The notes below the pieces were generated by a model. That model made no database searches. It had not been told where the DNA came from and worked only from the letters and a program-made list of their open reading frames with translations. A DNA stretch of 64,000 bases from a virus, in IMG/VR virus record IMGVR_UViG_3300025274_001348, positions 1 to 64,000 of that record; one strand, written 5' to 3'. Within the stretch, counting starts at the first letter, position 1; each line of letters starts with the position of its first letter. This document shows, piece after piece, positions 51,834 to 61,968 of the stretch. Made by a program: the position numbers and the translations under genes.

Positions 51834-52514
51834 ATGACTATTAGTACTCATGTTGGCACAGCAACTGGCTCTGGCGGCGCAGACAATGACGGTGGCGTCA
51901 TCGCAGGCGCTGGCAATGTCGGTAGTTCAAGATGGACAAGCAAAAGCAGCTTGGATCTTGTCAAAGGCGCAGAAGATTATGGCTCAAAGCTTGGTGTATC
52001 TACAGGCACAAAATACGTTGTCGGCCTTGCCGTTGCACGTAGCTTAAATAGTCCCAAGTTTGGCTTTACTCCTAAGAGGTCAGATCGTTCTGCCACCAAC
52101 TCCACCTTTATGATTAAGGGAGCTTCAACAAAGGTAGCTAACATTACTTCCTCGGAAAGCATTCTGGGGCTTCTTGGAAGCGACCATAGTGTTCGAAGCC
52201 TTCATCTTCATACTGATGATCATTACCAAAGAGGCTCTTGGGCTACCTTGGCCTTTAACCTCTTTAAAAACCCGACTGCTGGCTCTACCAGCAATCACGG
52301 TCTTGTCCAAAGCGATCTTACGGATAAGAGCGGTGCTACCAATTATGGTACTGCTGCGATCTTCCGCAATATTGCCGATCAGGACAATGCCAGACCGGTT
52401 ACAAATGTTCCCTCAAGAGCGATTCCGGGTGAATTGGTATTCTTGATTGATTTCGTCACTCGCACAACGAGTGGTGGAAACTTCCAAGATTATAGTGCCA
52501 TCACAGGCGGTTAA
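51834..52514 (+). CDS. putative virion structural protein, paralog B
   Basis: Shared HLHTDDHYQRGSWATLAFNLF…DYSAITGG. Confidence 0.65.
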   Translation: MTISTHVGTATGSGGADNDGGVIAGAGNVGSSRWTSKSSLDLVKGAEDYGSKLGVSTGTKYVVGLAVARSLNSPKFGFTPKRSDRSATNSTFMIKGASTKVANITSSESILGLLGSDHSVRSLHLHTDDHYQRGSWATLAFNLFKNPTAGSTSNHGLVQSDLTDKSGATNYGTAAIFRNIADQDNARPVTNVPSRAIPGELVFLIDFVTRTTSGGNFQDYSAITGG

Positions 52515-52530
52515 TCATTGTTGCAGTCAC

Positions 52531-52567
52531 AGGGAGGGGACTGCTTTTGCAGTCCCTTCCTTTTTTT
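52531..52567 (+). terminator. intrinsic terminator
   Basis: GGAGGGGACTGC-TTTT-GCAGTCCCTTCC plus T-tract. Confidence 0.8.
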
Positions 52568-52588
52568 CTTTGAAGAAAGAGATAACAA

Positions 52589-52909
52589 ATGGAATCAGAC
52601 ATTCTCTCAATTCCTGTATTAGCCGCAATCGTTGCTATAGTAATAGGATTAGGAAAGGTTATTGAGGTTCTCATTTTAAAAGCGGTTCCTTCAAAGTCAG
52701 TTTTGATGGATGATGAAAGAGGCTGGATGCAACATACTTACAAGATAATCTCTCGTCAGGATTCCGATGGAACGCCGTTAGTTTACGTTCCTAGGAGTTG
52801 GGCAGAAACTCAAAAAGATATGCAACAAGTGATGATACAAATCGTTAATGATCAACGAAGAATCGCTGATATTCTAGACAGAATAGATAAAAAGCTAGAG
52901 GATAAATAA
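52589..52909 (+). CDS. membrane protein
   Basis: N-terminal TM. Confidence 0.65.
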   Translation: MESDILSIPVLAAIVAIVIGLGKVIEVLILKAVPSKSVLMDDERGWMQHTYKIISRQDSDGTPLVYVPRSWAETQKDMQQVMIQIVNDQRRIADILDRIDKKLEDK

Positions 52910-52911
52910 TA

Positions 52912-53592
52912 ATGATCTTAGTCCCTTACCATGAAGCTAAGCAACACATCCGAGAAGCAGACGTACTCTTGTTTCGTGGTAAGGGACTATCTAGCTGGTT
53001 AATCAAACGGTATGGTAGCGGGGTTCATAGTCATGCTGGCGTAGCTCACTGGGACGGCGAAAGACTGGCAAATGGGGAGATGGCTGGAGACGGCGGTCAT
53101 TTACAGTGTGTGGAATTCAGAGAGTTTAAAGGTGGCAGGGCTGTTTCTATGAAAAGTCAGGTAGAAACTCACCCAGACAATATAGACGTTTTTAGAGCCG
53201 CCTCTCCCGTTGGATACTCTAATTTTTCTGCTTGGCCTGAAAACAAAGAGAAGAGATCAATAAAAATTGATTATAGCGAAGAAAAGATACAAAACCCTTT
53301 TACGCCAAGAGATATTACCGATGTCATGATAAATCTAACAGGATTACCATACGGATGGAAAAATATATGGAAATTAGCAAGACACTATCTGCCATTTTGT
53401 AGGCTAGCGCCACAAAACATCAAGGATGATGATCCCATGAATGTTTTTGTATGCAGTACGGCAGTAGCTTATGCTTATCGACAAGCATACATAGATCCTG
53501 TACCATATTTGGCAGACTCGGCTGTTATGCCCGCTGATTTGGCTAGGTCGGCACTCTTTAAATATCAATTCACCATAAGTAAGGACTGGTAG
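52912..53592 (+). CDS. permuted papain-like NlpC/P60 (YiiX/YebB-like) protein
   Basis: DVLLFRG, HSHAG, G.PYG, FVCST, PADL. Confidence 0.7.
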   Translation: MILVPYHEAKQHIREADVLLFRGKGLSSWLIKRYGSGVHSHAGVAHWDGERLANGEMAGDGGHLQCVEFREFKGGRAVSMKSQVETHPDNIDVFRAASPVGYSNFSAWPENKEKRSIKIDYSEEKIQNPFTPRDITDVMINLTGLPYGWKNIWKLARHYLPFCRLAPQNIKDDDPMNVFVCSTAVAYAYRQAYIDPVPYLADSAVMPADLARSALFKYQFTISKDW

Positions 53593-53594
53593 CC

Positions 53595-55643
53595 ATGAAA
53601 AAACTAATGCAAGCTTTAGTTTTGGGGCTGGTTTTATACTTCCCATCTTTGGGATTTGCTCAGCCGCTTACGATGGACGAGGCTTTGGAAGGAGTATGCA
53701 GGGTTACTACTAGAGGTTCCGCAGGCAGCGGGACCGTATTTCAGGAAGACGAGGATAAATATTATGTTCTGACTAACGGACATGTGGTTGGTAGATCTAA
53801 AAGAGGTCATTTAGAATTCTTTCAAGACGGCTACAAATCTGCCATGATCCCATTCAGAACAGAATATTCTGAATATAAAGAAGGCACCGCTCTAGACTTA
53901 GCAATTGTGTCTGTTAAAAAGAAGTATTTTGGTAGATTCCCTCCTAGAGTAATACCTCTTGCTCCGAAAGGGACAGAGATAAAAGCTAACGATTTAGTTA
54001 TAGCTGGAGGGTGTCCTTCTGCTCAGTGGGCTACCGCATGGAAGGGTAGAGTCCTTAGAAACGCAGGGGCTACCGTAAGCTTTAATGCTGCGCCCCTTGG
54101 TGGTCAGTCTGGAAGCGGCGTTCTTGTCCTTGTCAAAGATGACAAAGGAGAGAGTCATACTAGACTAGGTATCCTTCTAGCTTGGAGAATAGGAGACGGC
54201 GCATGGACAGATGATGGGCCAAACGACTATGGTGCTGGCTTATCTCTAAGACAGATCTACGAAATAATGGAGGGAAATGGTCAAGGCCATCCCATAGAAG
54301 CTTCTTATAGCATTGTTGCCGATAAAGAGGTCAAGTCCAGTAAGCCAGAGCGCCTTAACAAGCTCTGTCCACAATGTGGACGTAAAATTGAAGACCATGT
54401 CGTCATTCCCTATAAAGGGGGTCTTAGAAAGACCACTAAGGGTGAGTTTATGTTTTGCCCCGAGCTTAAGTTTCCAGATGGCGGCATCGCAGATACTGCT
54501 AAATACTATGGGGGTATAAGAGTTGGCGAACTATACGATAGTAATGGCTTATTCCCTTGGTGTCCTTGGGGTAATAGCCCTCCAAATCCAAACCCTCCCC
54601 CTAACCCACCAGACGGCGGCGGAAACGGTGATGGGTGGAATGGTTGGCCCGGTAGACCAGACCCCGGTGGCCCCGTAGATCCTCCTACAGATTTTGAAAA
54701 GGAGCGTCAGGAATACCTTGATAAGATTTCAGGACTACAGGAAAAACTGACCAACCTCGAAAATATGTCTGATAGCGTTCAAGCTGAATTACAAACAAAA
54801 CTAAATAGTTTGGAATCTTTATCTGAAGGTCTTAAAGCGGAACTTGGTGGAACAAACAGCAATCTTTTAGAGGCGCAAAACGCGGTTAACGGTTTGAGAG
54901 ATCTCTTAGGGGCTGTCGAGGGACAAAAGGATTCTCTAAAATCTAAAATAGGCGTCCTAGTGGGAACAATTGACGCAAGAGATGCACAGATATCAGATTT
55001 AGAGGCTAACAGTGGCCACTACATGGACGATTATACCGGCGGTAATGGCAATAGCGTAGAAAATGTCAGCTTTACGCTTGGTGGTATGAGTCTAGGCATG
55101 CTGGCTCTTAAATACGGAGTTCCTTTCCTTCTAAACAGGAGACGACGAAAAAAGAAAAACGGAAAAAACATTGACAAAGATGATGAAGAGGGGTATGATA
55201 ATGATACAAGACCATCTACACCGCAGTCTGCCGTAGATGACGACTGCAATAACTGTGATGGTTCTCATACACACGTCCATGAACATATTCATAAGCACCG
55301 GCACGAGAACGAATACGTTATGCCGCTAGATGAATTGCCAGAAGCTCCGAGAGCTACAGAAGATATTGATGATAGAACTGGTAAACATGGACTAAATCCG
55401 GGGTTTGTTCCTTATGGATTTCCTGTGAGCGAACCTTATCATCAACAACCAGTTGCTATGCAAGGATTGCCACCGCAATTTTTGAATGTACCGTTCAGCA
55501 CACGGAAACAAGCTACTGCTGAACAGATCATGACGGTATTTGGAGAATTAGTAAATGAATACCAAAACGATCAAACGATGACAATGAGACAAGTTGACAC
55601 ATTGATACGTCATAGACTTAAACAGAAATTTAACATAGAATAA
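53595..55643 (+). CDS. exported trypsin-like serine protease with Pro-rich linker, coiled coil and membrane anchor
   Basis: Signal peptide; TNGHVV, LDLAI, GGQSGSG triad; TM followed by RRRRKKK. Confidence 0.75.
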   Translation: MKKLMQALVLGLVLYFPSLGFAQPLTMDEALEGVCRVTTRGSAGSGTVFQEDEDKYYVLTNGHVVGRSKRGHLEFFQDGYKSAMIPFRTEYSEYKEGTALDLAIVSVKKKYFGRFPPRVIPLAPKGTEIKANDLVIAGGCPSAQWATAWKGRVLRNAGATVSFNAAPLGGQSGSGVLVLVKDDKGESHTRLGILLAWRIGDGAWTDDGPNDYGAGLSLRQIYEIMEGNGQGHPIEASYSIVADKEVKSSKPERLNKLCPQCGRKIEDHVVIPYKGGLRKTTKGEFMFCPELKFPDGGIADTAKYYGGIRVGELYDSNGLFPWCPWGNSPPNPNPPPNPPDGGGNGDGWNGWPGRPDPGGPVDPPTDFEKERQEYLDKISGLQEKLTNLENMSDSVQAELQTKLNSLESLSEGLKAELGGTNSNLLEAQNAVNGLRDLLGAVEGQKDSLKSKIGVLVGTIDARDAQISDLEANSGHYMDDYTGGNGNSVENVSFTLGGMSLGMLALKYGVPFLLNRRRRKKKNGKNIDKDDEEGYDNDTRPSTPQSAVDDDCNNCDGSHTHVHEHIHKHRHENEYVMPLDELPEAPRATEDIDDRTGKHGLNPGFVPYGFPVSEPYHQQPVAMQGLPPQFLNVPFSTRKQATAEQIMTVFGELVNEYQNDQTMTMRQVDTLIRHRLKQKFNIE

Positions 55644-55655
55644 GTGGAGGCAAAA

Positions 55656-56456
55656 ATGCCAGAAGTAAATGAAAACTTAGTTATCCCTACTCACGATGCA
55701 ATTCTTCCTTACATGTTTGAGGGAGTAAAGTGGGCTATTCCTAATGTTGGCGACAACAAGGAAACCCACAACATGGCAATTGCTCGCCTGTTTGAAAAGA
55801 TTGGTGAGCATCTACAAGCATTTTCAGTGCGTACTGATTGCTTTGTCCCCGGTCCTCCTACACTGTCTGCTGTCAAGCATCATCACAACATGTTTGTCCG
55901 TTTGTGCAACTTAATTGACACAAATACAAAGCCAGATAACATGGAAAGACTTGAAGCTCATCATATCACACATGAGCGTAGAGCTTTCAAGATTTATCCG
56001 ATTCGTTATTTCGATGTCAAGAATGACTACTGCCGTCGATGGATCGAGCTTTGTCTTCAGGGCTTGAGTGATATGGCTCAGCTTTCTGAGAATACTTGGG
56101 CCAATGACTGGAGTGTCCAGACTGGCAAAGAGATGAAAAAGCTTTTCCGTGAAGCTTACCGTCTTATGGCTGTTGAGTTGTTTAGGGTTCCCGTCATTGA
56201 AGCTCACTCAGTGTTTGATGAAGAAAACTCCTTCTATCTGACAAAAGAGCATTTCGATGGTTATGATGTCAGTCATATTCCAACAATCGAGTGGATTAAG
56301 CATCCTGCTCTCGGTAGCGAATTCACAGAAGACGAACTTCGTCCAATTTCAACTCCTAACGTTCCGGTGGCACCCGGTGTTGCAGAGAACGAAGGCAATA
56401 CGCCCCAGCGTGAGCTAGAGCGTAGAATGCAAGGTGGCGGCGAAGTAGTCAACTAG
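55656..56456 (+). CDS. hypothetical protein
   Basis: GGAGG RBS; 266 aa. Confidence 0.7.
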   Translation: MPEVNENLVIPTHDAILPYMFEGVKWAIPNVGDNKETHNMAIARLFEKIGEHLQAFSVRTDCFVPGPPTLSAVKHHHNMFVRLCNLIDTNTKPDNMERLEAHHITHERRAFKIYPIRYFDVKNDYCRRWIELCLQGLSDMAQLSENTWANDWSVQTGKEMKKLFREAYRLMAVELFRVPVIEAHSVFDEENSFYLTKEHFDGYDVSHIPTIEWIKHPALGSEFTEDELRPISTPNVPVAPGVAENEGNTPQRELERRMQGGGEVVN

Positions 56457-56542
56457 CGTGTCAATTATCCAGCTAGGGGGTCTGGGGTAGATAAAACAAA
56501 ACCCCCTTTTTATTCTTTTACAAGACATTAAGGAAGGAATCG

Positions 56543-57484
56543 ATGAAAAAAGCAATCTTGAGTTCTATTCTACTTCTTCTTATATTCTCCGCTCCCTTGC
56601 TAGGGAATGACAAACAGCTTTACCAACACCTACAAGATGTATCTGTTACGGTAAAGTCTGGCTTCGGAGAAGGTTCTGGAGTAATTTTTACTCGAACCAT
56701 TCCCATTACTAAAATTCAACCACCCGAACTAGGTAAACCTCTTACGGTAAAGGTAAACTTCGTGTGGACAGCGGCTCATGTTGTAGATGGTCTCCGTTCC
56801 GTTAGGACAACAATCAAGGATGGGCGATCAGTAAAGATTGTTGAATTTAAAGATGCTCAAATCGTCCAAGAATTAGTCGAAGATGGCCGTCGTGTTGGTG
56901 AGTTCAAGATGGAAGCCAAGGTTATCAAATATAGCGATTCCGAAAACGGGGAAGACTTGGCCCTTCTAATGATTAGGAAGAAGGGTTTTATTGACAAGTC
57001 AGTCACCTTCTTTAAGGCTGAAGGTAAACCTGTGCCTATTGGTACTGAATTATATCATGTAGGCTCATTATTAGGACAAACTGGCTCAAATTCGATGACG
57101 CGAGGAATTTGTTCTCAAGTTGGAAGAGTTCTTGACTTGGGGGCGGGTGGTGGTGTAATATTTGACCAGACAACCGTTACGGCTTTCCCCGGATCAAGCG
57201 GGGGTGGAGTTTTTCTCAGCGAGAGGTCTGGCAAAGATGCGGGTCAGTACGTTGGAATGCTTGTCAGAGGCGCTGGAGAAACATTCAACCTAATTGTTCC
57301 AATTCGTAGGATGCGAGCTTATGCTGAAAAAGAAGGCATCTTGTGGGCTATCGATTCAGATCATCCCGTCCCTGCCCTAAAAGAAATTACGGAGTTGTCA
57401 ATTGAAGGTGGATCATCAAAGAACAAAACCGGAAAGAGTATCTTGACCAAAGATAGTGTCAAGTTTCCCACGCTACTTAAATAA
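56543..57484 (+). CDS. exported trypsin-like serine protease
   Basis: Signal peptide; TAAHVV, DLAL, PGSSGGG. Confidence 0.85.
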   Translation: MKKAILSSILLLLIFSAPLLGNDKQLYQHLQDVSVTVKSGFGEGSGVIFTRTIPITKIQPPELGKPLTVKVNFVWTAAHVVDGLRSVRTTIKDGRSVKIVEFKDAQIVQELVEDGRRVGEFKMEAKVIKYSDSENGEDLALLMIRKKGFIDKSVTFFKAEGKPVPIGTELYHVGSLLGQTGSNSMTRGICSQVGRVLDLGAGGGVIFDQTTVTAFPGSSGGGVFLSERSGKDAGQYVGMLVRGAGETFNLIVPIRRMRAYAEKEGILWAIDSDHPVPALKEITELSIEGGSSKNKTGKSILTKDSVKFPTLLK

Positions 57485-57493
57485 AGGATAGCA

Positions 57494-57721
57494 ATGTTTA
57501 AGAAGATTTTTGATTGGTACATGGAACAAAAAATGAGTTACATACTGTTATCTATCTACCTTGTGGCGGCTATTACGGCGACCCTCGGTATACCGGGGCG
57601 TGAAGGATTGGTTCTTTGGGCTTGGGGCACTGGAGCAACTTTAATACTCGGTCCTTGGATGTGGTCCCTTAATAGGATTAACAAACAAACGACAGGAAAG
57701 AATCTCTGGGACAATGGATAA
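57494..57721 (+). CDS. 2-TM membrane protein
   Basis: Hydrophobic segments. Confidence 0.6.
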   Translation: MFKKIFDWYMEQKMSYILLSIYLVAAITATLGIPGREGLVLWAWGTGATLILGPWMWSLNRINKQTTGKNLWDNG

Positions 57722-58025
57722 AAAAGATCTTCAGGTAGTAGTTTTTGTAACTAGCTGGTGTCCTCATTGCAAGAACATGAAAGATTCTGTGTGGACTGAC
57801 CAGACCGTTCTTGAGTCGGTTAAGCCATATTTCGAAGGCATACCAGCTATTGTCCCGGTTGATAAACCCGGAAATGAATACTTATCTCAGCAGTTTAATA
57901 TTGAAGTGTTTCCAACCGTAGTCATTATGGACGAATCTCGTAAGGTACTTAGACGTGCAAAAAACATGACTAAAGAAGAAACCATAAAGTTTTTGGAAGA
58001 AACTGATAACGATGACAATCAGTAA
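57714..58025 (+). CDS. thioredoxin-family protein
   Basis: WCPHC, FPT. Confidence 0.85.
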   Translation: MDKKDLQVVVFVTSWCPHCKNMKDSVWTDQTVLESVKPYFEGIPAIVPVDKPGNEYLSQQFNIEVFPTVVIMDESRKVLRRAKNMTKEETIKFLEETDNDDNQ

Positions 58026-59004
58026 ACACGATAGCGTGCTAATTACCGGCGGAAAGGGCTTTTTGGGCCGAAGGCTTTACAGATCGCTAAATGAGGCTGG
58101 CTACAGTCGCCTCACAGCGGTAGGGGGCACTCAAGATGGTATTGATCTAGGCGAAGATGCTCACATAGGTTGGATGTTTGATATGTACCGTCCTGATGTA
58201 GTAATCCATCTTGCCGCTAGAGTGGGTGGAATCGGAGCCAACATGAAATACCCCGGAGGTTTTCTGTATGAAAATCTTAACATGGGTATCAAGATGATCG
58301 AAGAAGCTCGCCAGTGGGAATGCAAAAAATTCATCATGACAGGAACGGTATGCTCTTATCCTAAATACTGCCCTGTCCCTTTTAAAGAAGAAGACATATG
58401 GAATGGATATCCAGAAGAAACTAATGCTCCTTATGGCATAGCAAAGAAAACGCTAATGGAAATGCTACAGGCGTACCATAGCCAGTTTGGAATGAACACT
58501 GTTAATTTAATACCTACCAACATGTATGGACCGGGAGATAATTACGATCCTAGAGCCAGTCATGTCATACCAGCCATTATGTCTCGCGTGGCTCATGCTA
58601 AGAAAAACAACGATCCTGAGTTAGAGGTATGGGGTTCTGGTGAAGCCAGTAGAGAATTTCTATTTGTTGAAGACTGCGCAAAAGCTATCCAGCTTGCTAT
58701 GGAAAATCACGATGACGATCCCTCGCCAGTCAATATAGGAACCGGTGAAGAAACTAAGATCAAAGACATGATCGAAACAATGTGTGAAATAATGGAATAT
58801 GACGGAGAGCTTGTGTGGAACGATAGAAAACCTGACGGTCAGCCAAGAAGATGTCTAGACGTTACAAAAGCAAAAGAAAAATTTGGGTTCACAGCCTCTA
58901 CTTCTCTCAGAAAAGGTCTAGAAATAACTGTCGAGTGGTTTAACCGGCATATGTCCCCGTACAAGAAGACGCTAAGAGAGCTTCCCCCTACGGAAATCTA
59001 CTGA
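58012..59004 (+). CDS. fcl: GDP-L-fucose synthase
   Basis: HLAARVGGIGAN, CSYPK, PEETNAPYGIAK, SHVIPA, KPDGQPRR. Confidence 0.9.
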   Translation: MTISKHDSVLITGGKGFLGRRLYRSLNEAGYSRLTAVGGTQDGIDLGEDAHIGWMFDMYRPDVVIHLAARVGGIGANMKYPGGFLYENLNMGIKMIEEARQWECKKFIMTGTVCSYPKYCPVPFKEEDIWNGYPEETNAPYGIAKKTLMEMLQAYHSQFGMNTVNLIPTNMYGPGDNYDPRASHVIPAIMSRVAHAKKNNDPELEVWGSGEASREFLFVEDCAKAIQLAMENHDDDPSPVNIGTGEETKIKDMIETMCEIMEYDGELVWNDRKPDGQPRRCLDVTKAKEKFGFTASTSLRKGLEITVEWFNRHMSPYKKTLRELPPTEIY

Positions 59005-59867
59005 TGATTACCACCCTAATTCTTTCTGAAAACAACGCTGTTAGACTTCACCTACTCTTAGAGAGTCTCCATTTAAACGGCGGTAACTTATTTGACATAA
59101 CCGTTTTATACAGAGCCTCTTCCGAAAAATTTTTTGCAGGATACGAGAAAGCGTCTACCTACTTTAACCTTAAAAATCAATACGAGCATATCTTTCCAAC
59201 CAGATGGATAGAAATGAGCGACCTTCCTGTCGCAAAAAATATGATATCATGCCTCAAGGAAGCAAGAGAATTAGTATGCATTTTTAATGATGAGAATATT
59301 TTATTCAAAAACCCACCATCTTATGATTCTATAAAAACCCTTTTTGATGAACACAATCCTCTAACCTTGTCTTTACGGTTGGGTAACAATACTATTATCC
59401 AAAATCCTTATAGTCGAGATAGATATTTTGCCGAAATCCCTTCAGAGGGTGACTTCGTTTTGGATCAGTTCTTAGTATGGGATGCCGCTGAGATAACACC
59501 GTATACAAATTTTGGTATACCATTTTCAATTAACGGACATGTTTACAAAAACGAACACTTGGCAAAGATTTTAGATCAATCGACCTCTTCCAATTTGGAA
59601 GAATTAGAATCAGAAGTCCAGCCACTTTTTTATCAAGGGTCATCTTCTGGTTTACCTACTAAAATGTCTTGTCTCGAATATAGTGCCGTGATACATAACT
59701 CTTCGCAAAAAATTTCAGACGAAAGCGGTAGCAACTTAGGGATTAGCTTGGAAGATCTTAATGAAAGATACCTTCAGTCACAAACCATAGACTTAGACTA
59801 CATTCCTTTTGAGCATATTTCTATGCCCTTTGAACACTTTGTTCTAAGGTTCCACAATGCAAATTAG
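59004..59867 (+). CDS. putative glycosyltransferase, paralog of 47571-48452
   Basis: SLRLGNNTIIQN, PFSINGH, GISLEDLNERYL. Confidence 0.65.
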   Translation: MITTLILSENNAVRLHLLLESLHLNGGNLFDITVLYRASSEKFFAGYEKASTYFNLKNQYEHIFPTRWIEMSDLPVAKNMISCLKEARELVCIFNDENILFKNPPSYDSIKTLFDEHNPLTLSLRLGNNTIIQNPYSRDRYFAEIPSEGDFVLDQFLVWDAAEITPYTNFGIPFSINGHVYKNEHLAKILDQSTSSNLEELESEVQPLFYQGSSSGLPTKMSCLEYSAVIHNSSQKISDESGSNLGISLEDLNERYLQSQTIDLDYIPFEHISMPFEHFVLRFHNAN

Positions 59868-60303
59868 AAGAATAGAAAGAGATGATTTAGACGAGCACTA
59901 TTTAAATCTGAGAAGCCAACTAAGCCCTCTTCCACACGATTCCTGTAATGCCAATTTTGACAAAATATGGTCAACTTTTGTTAACGATAGTAATCACCAT
60001 GTTATAGTCGCAGTACAAAAAATCTATGACTCTCCGAAATACGCTAATCTCGTTGTGGGGACGGGATCGTTGTTAATTGAACGGAAATTAACTGGCACAA
60101 TTGCGGGTCGCATCGAAGATGTAGTAATTTTACAGGAATACAGAAAGTGTGGCATGGGGACCGCCATAATCGATGGGCTTATCGATATAGCGACACAGGA
60201 AAAATGCTACAAAATCATTTTACACTGTTCCGACAAAAATATACCGTTCTACAACAGGCTTGGTTTTCTTAAAGTAGACAACGGAATGAAGCTAGTACTA
60301 TGA
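59857..60303 (+). CDS. glucosamine-6-phosphate N-acetyltransferase (GNA1-type GNAT)
   Basis: L.QLS, IERK, IEDVV, CYKIIL.C, FY..LGF. Confidence 0.75.
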   Translation: MQIRRIERDDLDEHYLNLRSQLSPLPHDSCNANFDKIWSTFVNDSNHHVIVAVQKIYDSPKYANLVVGTGSLLIERKLTGTIAGRIEDVVILQEYRKCGMGTAIIDGLIDIATQEKCYKIILHCSDKNIPFYNRLGFLKVDNGMKLVL

Positions 60304-61214
60304 AAATCATTTGCACCACGGTTGTCAGAGCAGCCTCTCAGGGCGATGTCCACGGTGGATTGTATGTTATCGATATGGATTCTGAAGAGGTTGTACATCA
60401 TTTTCCTTATGCAGAAGATTTTATCAATGACAATGAACGTGGGGGAGAACGAGGGTTAAGGGGCCTAGCCGTTCTAGACGATAGGATTATTGTTGCAGAT
60501 TCTTCCGGGCTAATGGAATTAGACAGAGACAATTTTAAAATTACCAACAGGATTCAGGATGATAACATATTTAAATCAATACATGAGATATGTTTTTTCG
60601 ATGGGAATCTGTGGATAACTTCGACAGCATACGATAAGATCGTTGCAATGGATCTTAATTTTAAACTGCGCGGTATTTGGGAGGTAATAGGAGAAGACGG
60701 AGAAGACCGTAAAATTTTAACCGACTTAAAGCCCAGCAATCCCACGCCGCCTAAAACCGAAGACAAATATCACATTAACTCTATTTCCAGTAACAATGGT
60801 AGAGTAGTTTTTTCTGGATTGATTACGCATTTACACTCTGCCACAAACATGGATGTTGTTGCTTCTATGCCCGTCATAGACAACGAAAAAAGTTTTCAGC
60901 ACAACTTTTATGAATACGAAGATTTATGCCTTGTCAACCTTACAACTTTTGGATACGTGGGAATTATCAAAAAAGACTCCCCAAAGATCAACTACGTCGC
61001 AATCCCCAAGTCCAAAAAGGTGAAATACTCTGCTGACCAGATAGCCGCTAATAACTGGAATCGTGGATTGGCTCGCAAAGACAACTATATTCTCATCGGT
61101 ACTTCACCAGCCAGAATACTTTTATATAACATGGATACCGTCAGGATAGAAAAAGAAATACAGCTTGAGGAAGATGTAAGACACTGTATTCACGGATTAG
61201 AGATATTGGAGTAA
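60300..61214 (+). CDS. putative beta-propeller protein
   Basis: RGLA repeats, HINS motif. Confidence 0.6.
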   Translation: MKIICTTVVRAASQGDVHGGLYVIDMDSEEVVHHFPYAEDFINDNERGGERGLRGLAVLDDRIIVADSSGLMELDRDNFKITNRIQDDNIFKSIHEICFFDGNLWITSTAYDKIVAMDLNFKLRGIWEVIGEDGEDRKILTDLKPSNPTPPKTEDKYHINSISSNNGRVVFSGLITHLHSATNMDVVASMPVIDNEKSFQHNFYEYEDLCLVNLTTFGYVGIIKKDSPKINYVAIPKSKKVKYSADQIAANNWNRGLARKDNYILIGTSPARILLYNMDTVRIEKEIQLEEDVRHCIHGLEILE

Positions 61215-61216
61215 AG

Positions 61217-61432
61217 ATGAAACTAGATGAAAAAAAGGTAAGTAGGAGCAAGGCCGAGTTATTGAAAATTGACGACAAAACTACAGCGCTGGTTTTGCCG
61301 GAAAATTTTGACGGTCTCGAAAACGGAAACGGGTTTCGCAAAATGATTGCATATGCGATTCATTCAAAATATATTTGGGTTCATTCAGACTTTAGGTTAA
61401 AGCATGGGAAAAACAGTAAGAAAAAAAAGTAA
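61217..61432 (+). CDS. hypothetical protein
   Basis: ORF. Confidence 0.5.
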   Translation: MKLDEKKVSRSKAELLKIDDKTTALVLPENFDGLENGNGFRKMIAYAIHSKYIWVHSDFRLKHGKNSKKKK

Positions 61433-61482
61433 GCGAGACAAGAAGAAGCTAAAGAAGGAGCGTCGTTCAAGGAAAGAAAAAC

Positions 61483-61968
61483 GTGAAAACGCATATAACA
61501 TGGGATGATTACTTCATGGGTCTGGCCTATTATGCCTCTATTAGAAGCCATGACGATCAAACCAAGGTTGGTTGTGTGATCGTTAGCGACAAGAGAGTAA
61601 TTAGTATGGGCTACAATGGTTTCTGTAAAGGTGTCGATGACAGCGACCTTCCCACCGTAAGACCCAATAAATATCCGTTTATGGTTCACGCGGAGGAAAA
61701 CGCTGTTAGCAACATGCTGATCAATCCTCCGTCACTAAAGCAAGTATATGTTACACACATGCCCTGCAATAGATGCGCTAAACTTCTATGGCAAAACGAT
61801 ATCCACGACTGGCATATCCCCGAGGGCTGCAAGGCTCACGGATATTCAAAAGAAGACGAAATTGTTTACCGACATCTGATAGACAACGGGCTTCAAATAT
61901 CCTATGTCAACCCAGACCTGTCTTACTTGAACAGACTGACGGATAAGGGAAAACCTTTGAGTCATTAG
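61483..61968 (+). CDS. dCMP deaminase
   Basis: WDDYFM, VGCVI, GYNG, HAEEN, PC..C. Confidence 0.9.
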   Translation: MKTHITWDDYFMGLAYYASIRSHDDQTKVGCVIVSDKRVISMGYNGFCKGVDDSDLPTVRPNKYPFMVHAEENAVSNMLINPPSLKQVYVTHMPCNRCAKLLWQNDIHDWHIPEGCKAHGYSKEDEIVYRHLIDNGLQISYVNPDLSYLNRLTDKGKPLSH

